NCBI RefSeq assembly: GCF_009914755.1
Contig: NC_060927.1
DNA: 64,000 bases
Reading direction: 5' to 3' (one strand)
From: the human T2T-CHM13v2.0 reference genome, Homo sapiens
Below, one piece after another: positions 29,225 to 44,740 of the stretch; within the stretch, counting starts at the first letter, position 1; every line of letters begins with the position of its first letter. Under the pieces are notes generated by a model. It was given only the letters and a program-made list of their open reading frames with translations. It had not been told where the DNA came from and made no database searches. Both the position numbers and the translations under genes were made by a program.

Positions 29225-30256
29225 GGGAGGGTGGAGCCAAGATAGCTGAATAGGAACAGCTCCAGTCTACAGCTCCCAGCGTGAGCGATGCAGAAGATGG
29301 GTGATTTCTGCATTTCCAACTGAGGTACTGGGTTCATCTCACTGGGGAGTGTCAGACAGTGGGTGCAGGACAGTGGGTGCAGCGCACTGAGCGTAAGCCG
29401 AAGCAGGACGAGGTATTGCCTCACCCGGGAAGTGCAAGGGGTCAGGGAATTCGCTTTCCTAGTCAAAGAAAGGGATGACAGATGGCACCTGGAAAAATCT
29501 GGTCACTCCCACCCTAATACTGTGCTTTTCCAATGGCCTTAGCAAATGGCACACCAGGAGATTATATCCTGCGCCTGGCTTGGAGGGTCATACGCCCACG
29601 GATCCTCGCTCACTGCTAGCACAGCAGTCCAAGATCAAACTGCAAGGTGGCAGTGAGGTTGGGGGAGGGGCGCCCACCATTGCCGAGGCTTGAGTAGGTA
29701 AACAAAGCAGCTGGGAAGCTCAAACTGGGTGGAGCCCACCGCAGCTCAAGAAGGCCTGCCTGCCTCTGTAGACTCCACCTCTGGGGGCAGGGCACAGACA
29801 AACAAAAAGACAGCAGTAACCTCTGCAGACTTAAATGTCCCTGTCTGACAGTTTTGAAGAGAGTAGTGGTTCTCCCAGCATGCAGCTGGAGATCTGAGAA
29901 CAGACAGACTGCCTTCTCAAGTGGGTCCCTGACCCCCGAGTAGCCTAACTGGGAGGCACCCCCTAGTAGTGGCAGACTGACACCTTACATGGCCGGGTAC
30001 TCCTCTGAGACAAAACTTCCAGAGGAACGATCAGGAAGCAACATTTGCTGTTCACCAATATCCGCTGTTCTGCAGCCTCCGCTGCTGATACCCAGGCAAA
30101 CAGGGTGTGGAGTGAACCTCCAGCAAACTCCAACAGATATGCAACTGAGGGTCCTGACTGTTAGAAGGAAAACTAACAAGCAGAAAGGACATCCACACCA
30201 AAACCCCATCTGTACATCACCATCATCAAAGACCAAAGGTAGATAAAACCACAAAG
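29225..30256. promoter_or_regulatory. L1 5'UTR internal sense/antisense promoter
   Basis: Homology to the L1 5'UTR; YY1 box altered (AAGATAGCTG 29239-29248); retains the ~129-bp segment 30004-30131. Confidence 0.75.
29588..29680 (-). pseudogene. L1 ORF0, truncated to 30 aa
   Basis: Hand translation MVGAPPPTSLPPCSLILDCCASSERGSVGV* matches the remembered ORF0 N-terminus (MAGAPPPASLPPCSLISDCCAS); premature TGA. Confidence 0.8.
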
Positions 30257-31273
30257 ATGGGGAAAAAACAGAGCAGAAAAACTGGAAACTCTAAAAATCA
30301 GAGCACCTCTCCTCCTCCAAAGGAGTGCAGTTCCTCACCAGCAACGGAACAAAGCTGGATGGAGAATGACTTTGACAAGTTGAGAGAAGAAGGCTTCAGA
30401 TGATCAAACTACTCCAAGCTAAAGGAGGAAGTTCGAACCCATGGCAAAGAAGTTAAAAACCTTGAAAAAAAATTAGATGAATGGCTAACTAGAATAACCA
30501 ATGCAGAGAAGTCCTTAAAGGACCTGAAGGAGCTGAAAACCAAGGCACGAGAACCACGTGACAAATGCACAAGCCTCAGTAGCCAATTCGATCAACTGGA
30601 AGAAAGGGTATCAGTGATGGAAGATCAAATGAATGAAATGAAGTGAGAAGAGAAGTTTAGAGAAAAAAGAATAAAAAGAAATGAACAAAGCCTCCAAGAA
30701 ATATGGGACTATGTGAAAAGACCAAATCTACATCTGATTGGTGTACCTGAAAGTGACAGGGAGAATGGAACCAAGTTGGAAAACACTCTGCAGGATATTA
30801 TCCAGGAGAACTTCTCCAATCTAGCAAGGCAGGCCAATATTCAAATTCAGGAAATACAGAGAATGCCGTAAAGACACTCCCTGAGAAAAGCAACTCCAAG
30901 ACACGTAATTATCATATTCACCAAAGTTGAAATGAAGGAAAAAATGTTAAGGGCAGCCATAGAGAAAGGTCGGGTTACCCACAAAGGGAAGCCCATCAGA
31001 GTAACAGCTGATCTCTTGGCAGAAACTCTGCAAGCCAGAAGAGAGTAGGGGCCAATATTCAACATTCTTAAAGAAAATAATTTTCAACTCAGAATTTCAC
31101 GTCCAGCCAAACTAAGCTTCATAAGTGAAGGAGAAATAAAATACTTTACAGACAAGCAAATGCTGAGAGATTTTGTCACCACCAGGCCTGCTCTAAAAGA
31201 GCTCCTGAAGGAAGTACTAAACATGGAAAGGAACAACCAGTACCAGCCATTGCAAAAACATGCCAAATTGTAA
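30257..31273 (+). pseudogene. L1 ORF1p (338 codons), disrupted
   Basis: ATGGGGAAAAAACAG start; in-frame stops at 30401, 30644, 30869 and 31046; terminal TAA 31271-31273. Confidence 0.95.
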
Positions 31274-31336
31274 AGACCATTGAGGCTAGGACGAAACTGC
31301 ATCAACTAACGAGCAAACTAACCAGCTAACATCATA

Positions 31337-35166
<3,830 letters not shown>

Positions 35167-36742
35167 ACAATGAGAACACATGGACACAGGAAGGGGAACA
35201 TCACACACTGGGGCCTGTTTTGGGGTGGGGGGAGTGGGGAGGGATAGCATTAGGAGATATACCTAATGTTAAATGATGAGTTAATGGGTGCAGCACACCA
35301 ACATGGCACATGTATACATATGTAACAAACCTGCACTTTGTGCATATGTATGCTAAAACTTAAAGTATAATAAAAAAAGAATGAAATGTTTAGAATTATA
35401 TAGAAAAAAATAAGAGTATGTTTGAATTATAAGAATCAAAAGAAGAAAAAATAAAATTGACCAAAATTATTGGTGTATTTTGATTAACTACTTATTTCAA
35501 TGAGATATATAACTAAATATAGTTAGTAAAGGGCTAAAATACTAATATTGTAGATAAATTTTGGAAATTTTAATTAAACATAATTGGAAAAGTATTTTCC
35601 AAGTCCTAGGTCTATTTATTCTGAAAAAGTTTAGACATTGTGATTCAGTTATAATTTAGACATATACTACAAGGTAAATTGCATTTCTGTTAATACTATA
35701 TTTTTCTAGGTATACAGTTTATAGATAAAAGGGAAAACGTTTCAAAATTTAACTCAAACTTGTATATTATCTGAGTTTATATTAAAATCATGGAGTGTAG
35801 TCTCTTACTTGTATCTTTACATTTAAAAAGATTTTTTTGAAGTGATATATTGATTAAACAGACATTCTGCAGAGTTGAAATTAAAATGTACATACCATAT
35901 AAAAGGGTCAGTCAGCAAGGATTGCTTTTGAAATTTTACGTCCCAGACAGCCATCAGGCAGCCAGCAGAAAAATGCCTTTCGTAGCCATGGAATCTCCAG
36001 TTTATATCTCTGACATTATGTTGAGATTTGACAGATGGAAGCCCAGCAGTAGACACACAAAGTGGATGCCAAATGAGGCACATATACATAGCAGAGTGGT
36101 GCCCCAACCAGGTGGTCATCTTCTCCTTTCCAGAACCTTTCACATGGCTCAGTCCAAACTTGACTATGCTGTAGCGATATTGACATGTTCTTCAGTCAGT
36201 GGTGAATGTCAGTGGGCTCTTGGATCTGTGCATAAGAAACTTTAGCATGCTTTCTGCTCTGTACATATGTCCAAGTTGGCAGTGAGTTGGCATGGTTGCT
36301 GAAGTGTCTCTATCTGTCAGAAATCCTCCTCACCTTTGGGACAGAGATAGACAATATGAGTGTGTCAGCAAGAATGCTATCATTGGCTGAGAAAGGATGT
36401 CCTTGGAAATAAAAATTTGGGGATATTTTAGAAGCAATTTTATAAGTTATCTCTATAATTTAAATCAAGGATCTATTAATCTTCTCTAATACAGGAAAAA
36501 TCCAATTAAAACAGAAAAAAAATTATGGCAAGTTTAGCTAAGATTTCCATAATCTTTCATAGTTCATTATCATACCTTGAGCAATTGAGCCATGAGTAGA
36601 GATCAAGCTTGTGGAGGACTAGAACAGATTTCTAACATAACATTATGCAAGGTATTAAAAACAAACGAATAGCCAATATTTTTAATAAATTAAAATTACA
36701 TGAACAGTTGACAAGAAACAGAATTATGCAAGTACTCTAAAT

Positions 36743-36969
36743 CAAGCTCGTCTAACCTGCGGCCCCAGATGGCTTTGAATGTGGCCCGATATGAATTTGT
36801 AAACTTTGTGAAAACATTATGAGATTTTTTTGTTTTTTTTTATTTATTTAAGCTCATCAGCTGTCGTTAATGATAGGGTATTTTATTTCAGATCTAACAT
36901 TTTCTAGCTGTATGGCTGAAGACAATTCTTCCGATGTGGCTCAGGGAAGCCAAAGATTGGACACCCCTG
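36743..36969 (-). mobile_element. MER30 hAT-Charlie MITE carrying a 23-bp foreign insert
   Basis: CAAGCTCGTCTAACC ... CAGGGAAGCCAAAGATTGGACACCCCTG termini. Confidence 0.88.
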
Positions 36970-38119
36970 CCTAATGTTCACTAATAAGTTTCCAAATATT
37001 TTCAGCAGGATGTGTAAGTTTCTGCTCTCATATGCACATATGTCTATACTTCCCATTTATTCTCCTCATCACCCAGCTAATGGAAGACATCCAAATCATT
37101 TTTGCTTCAAATTTGTCAGGTAACCTTGAAATAATTGGTTGAACTGGCTCCATTTTAAATGAACTTCTCTATTATCTTTTCATGTCCGTAATGTTATTTT
37201 TAATTGTTATATTCATTCATTCATCTATTCATACCAACAACTATTTACTGAACTCATGACCTCCTCCTGTTCAACACTTAAAGAAGTCCCTCCAACTCTG
37301 CTTCCTAACTAATTGCATGAATCACTATCTGCTCACTCAAGACAAAAACTTGAGAAACATCCTTGACTTTTTCCTTTTACTCATGTTTCACATGCAACCA
37401 GTTCTTAGTCTTCTAATTCTATTTCCTAAATGTCACAGATCAGTCATCCTGTTTCCAAAGCCAACAGCAGTATTTTTTGCTATGTATTCAAATAACCATG
37501 AATAAAACTGTTCAACCTAAACGTTGGGAAATATATCAATGTCATTCTCTTTTATGATAGTAAGGACACATTTTTCACAAAAGGATAAATATTACCACTT
37601 TTAGTCATCCTTGGAAGAATAATTGTGAAATAGTATGAGTAGGGATTAGAGCAAATTATGGAAATAAATTTTTCCTCTTGCATAGGAGTGGAGGTGAAGG
37701 ACAATTGAATCTCATTTTTAGATGTGGAAAAGTTGTTAAAATGCTCTTTAAAAAATTAAACTTATTATTTCACTGACACGCCTATATCAGGAATGGAAAC
37801 CTTAAACTTTTGCTTTTTTTTTTTGGTGGTATTGATAGGATAGAAACAGCAGACAAGAGATTGTTAAGTCCCTATGCAGCCTGAATCCAGGACATTTCTG
37901 GTCTACTACAGGCCGAGGGGGCTTACCTGAGTTCTAGTTCGATGGGTGAGTAAGCTGCCCAATGCCCTCCAAGAAAAAATGAATAATAATATCTAGAACA
38001 TTCTAGGGCAAAATAAAGAAAGAGAGGACTTGAGATAAGACTGGAAATACTGGCTGGAATCCTGACATCAGTCATCATTGGTTAAGTCCTATGTAGTTGC
38101 AATGGAAATTAGTGGCTAC

Positions 38120-38340
38120 AAACATGAGATCTGGCAGTAGATTCGGCCCATGAGCTTGAATTTGGATCCTCCTGGGATCTTTAGCAAATAATTTACCTTC
38201 TCTGTGTCTCAGTATCCTCATATAAAAAGAGACATAATAATAATAACACCCATCTTGTAATTGTGTGATGAGGTTTAAATGAGATAATACACATAAACAT
38301 TTAGTACCCCATTGGCCATGGAATAAGTGAAAAATAAATG
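38120..38340 (+). mobile_element. MIR SINE
   Basis: CTTCTCTGTGTCTCAGTATCCTCATATAAAAA...TGATGAGGTTTAAATGAGATAATAC. Confidence 0.7.
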
Positions 38341-38588
38341 GATGATATATACTAACTCTGATTGCAATTCAGACCATATAGCTGAAAGTGCAATTTATAC
38401 TGACTTCACTTCCACATTCTACCTGCCTCCAGGTTGCCCTCTCTAACTCATCCTCCACCATTGCTCACATAATTGCCAGAATGTTCCCTAAAACTAAAAT
38501 TAATCATGTCATTTCCCCAGCCTCACTTTTTCTGGGAACTCTTCATAGCTTTCAGGTTAGATCAAAACTTCCCAAATTGAAATGTTAG

Positions 38589-38697
38589 TAGGGTGACCAT
38601 GATTATTCTGGAAGGTTAAGAGTGAGAATTTGCACTTTTAATTACTTTGGACAGCAGGCATAACTCTGGCCTATCCCAGGCAAACAGAAACATGAAT
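38589..38697. mobile_element. MER94-like hAT-Blackjack fragment
   Basis: TAGGGTGACCAT terminus; GGACAGCAGGCATAA...TCCCAGGCAAAC. Confidence 0.55.
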
Positions 38698-40625
38698 ACA
38701 AAGTCCTTCTGGGGTCTGTTCTCCAACCTCACCAGTCAGTTTCCTGGTCCTTTGCTGCAGCCACACAGAGCCAACAACTGTCCTTGAACTATCATATTTT
38801 TCTGTGCCTTTGTACATATCACCTTCTTTGCCTGATAACCATTACAACCCTCACTCTCTCCTCCTCATTCATTCACAAAATTATTTGTGTTCTTTTAAGC
38901 CATTGCCAAGTTTTGGAAATCTCCCTAGATTCATGAAATCTGAATCATTTATGTTTCTATGTGTAATGCAATCTGGGCTTTCTTTATCACTGTAGAAATA
39001 AAATGATAATAGTTGCCAGATATATAATGTCTTCAATGCCAATTACCCTGATATCAGGATGATTTTTTTATTTGTGTTTTCTCTAAACAACTCTGCAAAG
39101 TGTACTTATAATTTTTGAATTTTTAAAATTCAAAAGTAAGTGGTGGAGACAATGTTCAAGTTCAGATAGATCTGTAACTAAGCACATCTTTTCGCCAAAT
39201 TGGCCTCTCAATTCATCAAAACACTTATTACAAAGAATTGTGATAAGCTATTTATTATCTCTCTGCCTACATTATAGATTTCTTGAAGGTTAATATTATT
39301 CTTTATTCATTTTTGCTTTTAAATTTTCTGTACCTTAGTCCAGTGTTTGGCACATGATAAGAGTACTATAAGTGTTTGATGAATGAATACATCACTAAGT
39401 CTTGACCAATTCAATGACTTCGTGAAAAATAGCCAGTGTCTTTCAGTTCAAAGGCATGCTTCCTGAGTTCTGTACCATTGGACATATTTCTTCACCATGA
39501 ATGGGGCTCTGATTCTTATATCTCAGTTGACTACCTAAGAAGGTCCTGGAATCCTAAAACCAGCACTGGGTTAAAGCATTTATAAAAAGGTCAAGGTAAT
39601 CTACACATATGGGAAGGCACAAAGGGAGTACTTTATAGAAGGATAGTGGATCAGGAAAACAAAACATTTACTATATGATGCATCAGGAATTTTAAATAAA
39701 GACTGCCTCCATTATTTTGTTTTAGAATTAACCAGAAATGCTATTTTTCAACAACTGGCTGAGAGCATTAGCGAAATGAAAGTTTTGATAAGGTTAGGAA
39801 AAGGAAGAATGAGAGGTAATTTTGGAGCATAAGGGTACTGTGGAGGAGGCCAGGTCTTAATGGGATTTTGAAGCAGGGGACTTTGGATAGCTAGATGACA
39901 ATATGGCGAGAGTGACAGTATGGTGGCTCTGAGATTCTGGTGATTTGGGGAAGGGAGGGTCAGCTCATGAAAGAAGGGCAGTGGCACAGAAAATAGTTTA
40001 GTGCTGGGAACACCGAAAGGCAAAGCGAATCTGCTGTTTGACTCTCATATTCCTGTCGACCGCAGGCTGACTGCTGCAGGCACAGATGGAATACCTCATA
40101 AACATGATTCCTTGTACTACGGAAAGAAAAAGTGTCTGAGCATACTTTATGACATGAGCAGCTGAGCATGCAAACCTTTGGAAGGATCTGTGGAAATCAG
40201 TGACCTTTAATGCTTTGGATCTAAAATGTTAAACTCTTGCTATGCTATCTCAACACAATACAGAAATCCTCCCAGTTTTTATTTCTACTTTGGTTTTACT
40301 TGAATTACAGTGGGTGTGATTATGCAATATCCATAACATAGGGAGAAACTTAGACTATCAGAGCTAGAAGAGGACTTATGAATCCCCTAATTCAATGACC
40401 TAATTTCATAAATGAGAACATGGAAGCAAAGAGACGTTATATGATTCGCCTGTAGTTACTCAGCTAGATTGTAGTAAGCTAAGCTGGTCCAGGTTTCTGG
40501 TTTCTAGATTCAAGCTTCAGGTTTTCTTTCCAGTAGTGCACAGTTCCAGTGATAATTATGTTATCAACTTACTGCTCTCTCTACATTGATAAATGTCTGA
40601 TAAACAGTTGTTACATATATGCATA

Positions 40626-40675
40626 TGTGTGTGTGTGTGTGTGTGTGTGTGTATAGAGACAGAGAGAGAGAGAGG
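40626..40675. repeat. (TG)n(AG)n compound microsatellite at an Alu-monomer tail
   Basis: Directly visible. Confidence 0.9.
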
Positions 40676-40785
40676 GAGACAGACTCTCACTATTTTGCTG
40701 GACTCAAACTGCTGGGTTCAAGCTATTCTTCTGTCTCATCCTCTCAAGTAGCTGGGATTACAGGAGAGTGCCATTATGCCTGGCT
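40676..40785 (-). mobile_element. Alu monomer (FLAM-like)
   Basis: CTGGGTTCAAGCTATTC...CAAGTAGCTGGGATTACAGG...TGCCTGGCT. Confidence 0.8.
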
Positions 40786-41041
40786 TGTTCATATATATTT
40801 GAATATTTTAGAGCTTCATATAGTTAGGGAAGTCAGGATATTTCTGATGAGAAGGGGTAGATGCTGCTAAAGTCGATGTATAACACTGAAATATGAAGTA
40901 TTGCTAAATTTATTACTAGTAGATAGAAGTATGGAGGACAATAGCAACTTATAGGAAAATGTACTTCAATTAAGAGGAATTGCACAATGACACAATTGTC
41001 TCTTATATTACACTCCTTTTTTTTTTTTTTTTAAAAAAAAC

Positions 41042-41205
41042 TTGTTTCTTAATATGTAGTCTATAGGGCAACACTGTTGGCATCACTTAGGAGCTTGTTC
41101 TAAATACAGTTTCGAGTCTCATCCCTGACCTACTGGACAAGAATTTGCATTTGGAACAATCCTCAAGAGATTTATATGCACATCGGATTTTTGAGAAGCA
41201 CACTT
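41042..41205 (+). mobile_element. MER5A1-like MITE
   Basis: GGCATCACTTAGGAGCTTGTT...GACCTACTG...TTTGAGAAGCAC. Confidence 0.7.
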
Positions 41206-41989
41206 CCAGAGCACTGACTTTTTTTCATTTTTTCTCACCTTGAAATAAACCCTAGAAACTGATTTTCTTTTTAAAAGCACCTATGTCTGTATGAAAACTC
41301 AGATCAGGCTTTTATGAGGCTACAAGTACAAGAGAGTTAAGGTTGGGGTAAGAGACCTTTATGTTTTCTTCCAAAAATAAAAACTGTTGATCTGTAAAGG
41401 AACTAAAGTTGAAGCAAATATAAACTGGAATTAGATCACGATTTTGGTCTTTTCTGGTTATTTTGGACACAATACCAAAAGAGTTTCTTTATTTGTTACA
41501 GGTGAGAGTAATTATTCCTCAGGGCCAGACTCCTCAGTGAGGTGCCTCATGGCCCTGAGAGTGGGAATCACGCACCCTGGCCACCTTACTTGCCTCCTCC
41601 CAGTTCCAGCCTGTTATTCCTACACCACAGCATTTTTGTGGGAAGTGCAAGAGGAAGGTATTGGAAGGTGCCATTTATTCTTCATTTATTCAACAACCAC
41701 TCATTGCACATCCTTTATAGCACAATAAATGAGACATTGTCCAACACTGAGAACATCACGGTTTGGATAGTTCAGAGGTGGCCTTCAGCAAATCAGTGCT
41801 GCAATAGGATCCTGAAACCAGAATTCTCTCTCACCTCTGCCAGTATTGAACACACGATCTCAAGCAAATCTCTTGGTCTTCTTGTGTCTTGATTTCCTCA
41901 CGCTTAAACTGAGGGTGCTATGCAGGATAACCCTCAAGGTACTTTGCATCTTTAGAAGCTTATATTATTCTTAACTATGCTAGAAATGC

Positions 41990-42210
41990 TGAAAAAGCGT
42001 GGAATTTTGGAGTAGCCAGATCTAAGATAAAATCTTCAAATCACCACTGGGTAAGCTTGGGAAAGTTATGTAGCCTATCTGTAGCTCATTTCCCGTCTGT
42101 AAAATGGAGTCATATTGCCAGCCTTGCAGGCTTGCATGCGACCGTCAAATAAAATCAAATGTGTAGCTGGCATCGTATCCATAGAAGGTATCAAAAATGG
42201 GAGCTATTAT
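41990..42210 (+). mobile_element. MIR SINE
   Basis: CTTGGGAAAGTTA...CTCATTTCCCGTCTGTAAAATGG. Confidence 0.65.
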
Positions 42211-43559
42211 CAGGACATTTTTACAGGCTGAGGAAAGTCTCATTTCCTATGAGAGGCATGGCAAATGGAAGGCTCAAGTTACTGTTTGCATTCTTCACCT
42301 GTGAAGGTGTCCATGAATTGAAATTAGCACTGTGTGTGAGCCTCATGGGATTTGAGTGTTGCTAAGGCAACCACTAATTTCCAAATCAGGGTAAACAGTT
42401 TCACAGAATGTACAGTTTCCTTTAACAAATTGGATTCCAGTGAGGGGTGTACCTTTCCTTCCCTTGCTGCTCTGCACCCCAGTTAGGGTTGTGCACCTGC
42501 AGATCTGTGTGCCAGGGGCTACTTTGATCTTCTGCCAACCACACTCTAAAGGTAACAGTCAGTAACAGAGATCCCTGAGGTCTGTCAGCTTTACCCAGTA
42601 TTTACCTTTTGTATGTTGTCAAGTTGGAGTCACTTTCTTGACTCACACAGTAGGGCACTGAAACAGCTCCTTGGCACATTCGTGTGATAGACTTCTAAGC
42701 AAAGAGGCCATGCGGTTCGCAGTCATGTCGTTCTGCCTTCCTTTCCCTGCCTCGCAACAATCCTTATTTCCCTTACTCACTCAGGAATTCCTGCAGAGAA
42801 TGAACCTATTATTAAGCCAGCATTGCCTCTCTGCTACATTCTTGTGTTAAATTAGTCCTCTTCATTGTTGCAAATAATAGGCAACCACTTATATATCAAT
42901 GAAAATTCACTGCACTGCTGTGGGATTATTTCAGCTCTCGATAAACTACACATTCCTGCCATTGTTTATGGGTAGCGATTTTAAGTCCCTCTTGCTTCCT
43001 TTTAAATCTTTTCTTGTGGGAGGTATGGCCAATCTTCCTCATGTACTTAGCTTATTTACTCCTTGAACCCCTCTCAACAATGGATACTGTAATAGTGGCA
43101 TCTTTTTGCGATAATTCCTAGTATTGGCTCCTGCTTTTGAATATGCCAGGAGCAAAGCATGGATACAATACTAAAAACACATAGAAGCATGCTAATTACC
43201 TTCTTTAGAATATTTATGATTTTTTTTCTTTTCTGGTCAAGTTCTGAAATCAGAAATAGCTCTACTAGCTTTTTCACAGCTACATTAGGAAAAGAGCTTG
43301 GTCATTCACTTTTGCTGAGGTTCCACCTTGTGCCAGGCACAACATTACGCCTCTTATGCATGCTATCTCGCTTAGAATTTAATATAACTCTGCAAAGTAG
43401 GTATTGGTTCTGTCCATTTTACTAATGTGGAAACTGATTGGAATTTTTAAAGATTTAACATAAAAAAATTTAATCTGGAAAACTCGTGTATCTCTGTGGT
43501 GCACCAAAATTACTGATATCATTCACTAAGCCAGACATTTTTCCCCATGCTAAAAAAGG

Positions 43560-44740
43560 GCAAATATATGTATATCACACATAAAAGGGAGCATATACAA
43601 TGTATATATTTACTGTAAAGAATAAATAGTAAAACAGACACTTATGTGCTCACCACTCACATAAGGAAAAGAATTTACCTTCCTACTGTGCTTGTCCTGG
43701 GCCTGTTGGCACTCAGATCCCTTGTTCTCTATCACGAGAGGGATGGCTCTTGCAGGTTACATTACCCCAGTTCACTTGTACCTGTGTTAGGTCAGTGTGA
43801 TTCATGGCAGGAAACTGGAAGTCAAGGAGGAAGTGAGAAACTATGGTGTCTCCTTTCCCCAGCCCATCCTGAGTAGCTTCCTTGACTGTGGCTGTGTGTT
43901 CTCCAAAGCTCCAGACAGGCCCATGTGGTTCTAGTCTGGACTCTGTTAATATGACCTCCTCCCTTTTTCTCTTTGACCCAGAGATGATAGTGAATTTCTG
44001 CTTTTGCTAATTGCTGCATTACCTTACTCTCCTATTTGGTTCCTTAGCTCTTCCATCACCTAAGTCAGTAATTCCTGATTAAATTGTCTGTGATGCAAAT
44101 ACTTGAAAGTTGCTTCTTTCTTTCATGTTTAGATCCTAACTAATAAATCTTAGAAGCCCTTGTGTGCTCCTCCTTGATTACACCTCTTACTCAACCCCAG
44201 AAGCAACCATTTTTAATCTTCACATTCTCTTGATTTTCTTTATTGGTTTTTACAAGGTGTGTGTCCTTAAACACTGTATTTACTGTTGCCAGTTTTGCAT
44301 TTTATATAAATGGAATCACGCACTGGTTTCTCTTCTGTGACTTGCTTTCTTTTTGCAACAATATGTTTTTGAAATTCATGCATATTGACATAGGCAGTGG
44401 TTCATTCATTTTCACTGCTATGTAGTATTCCACTGTATAAAATATCACAATTTATTTATGTGTTCTACTGTTGATGGACTTTTGCCTGTTTCCAGTTTTC
44501 ACTTTTATGGATATGCTACCATGAACACTTCAGTGTGTGTCTCCTGGTACATACGTGAAAAGAGTCTCTCTGTGACATAGGCCTATGAATGTAGAGCTTC
44601 ACGGTTGTAGACCACATAGATGTTCAGGGTTACATGAAAATGCCAAATTCTTTCTCAAAGTAATTGTACCAATTTACAATCCCAACAGCAGTAAACCAGT
44701 GTTCCATTTATTCCAAATTTTAGCCTGCACTTGGTTTTAT
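43560..44740 (-). mobile_element. Old L1M (L1ME-like) 3' end split by an LTR
   Basis: TTTATATAAATGGAATCA...TTTTTGAAATTCATGCATATTG...TAGTATTCCACTGTAT...GTACCAATTTACAATCCCAACAGCAGT. Confidence 0.8.
43686..44147 (+). mobile_element. ERVL LTR33-like solo LTR
   Basis: GGCAGGAAACTGGAAGTCAAGGAGG...TGCTTTTGCTA...ATTAAA...GATCCTAACTAATA follows the remembered LTR33 layout. Confidence 0.55.

Noticed and set aside
35823-36245. 131-aa and 106-aa overlapping ORFs in unique DNA just after the L1; also considered as an L1 3' transduction
   Set aside because: No recognisable domain and the longer one starts at TTG. The TSD closes immediately after the L1 A-tail, so there is no transduction.
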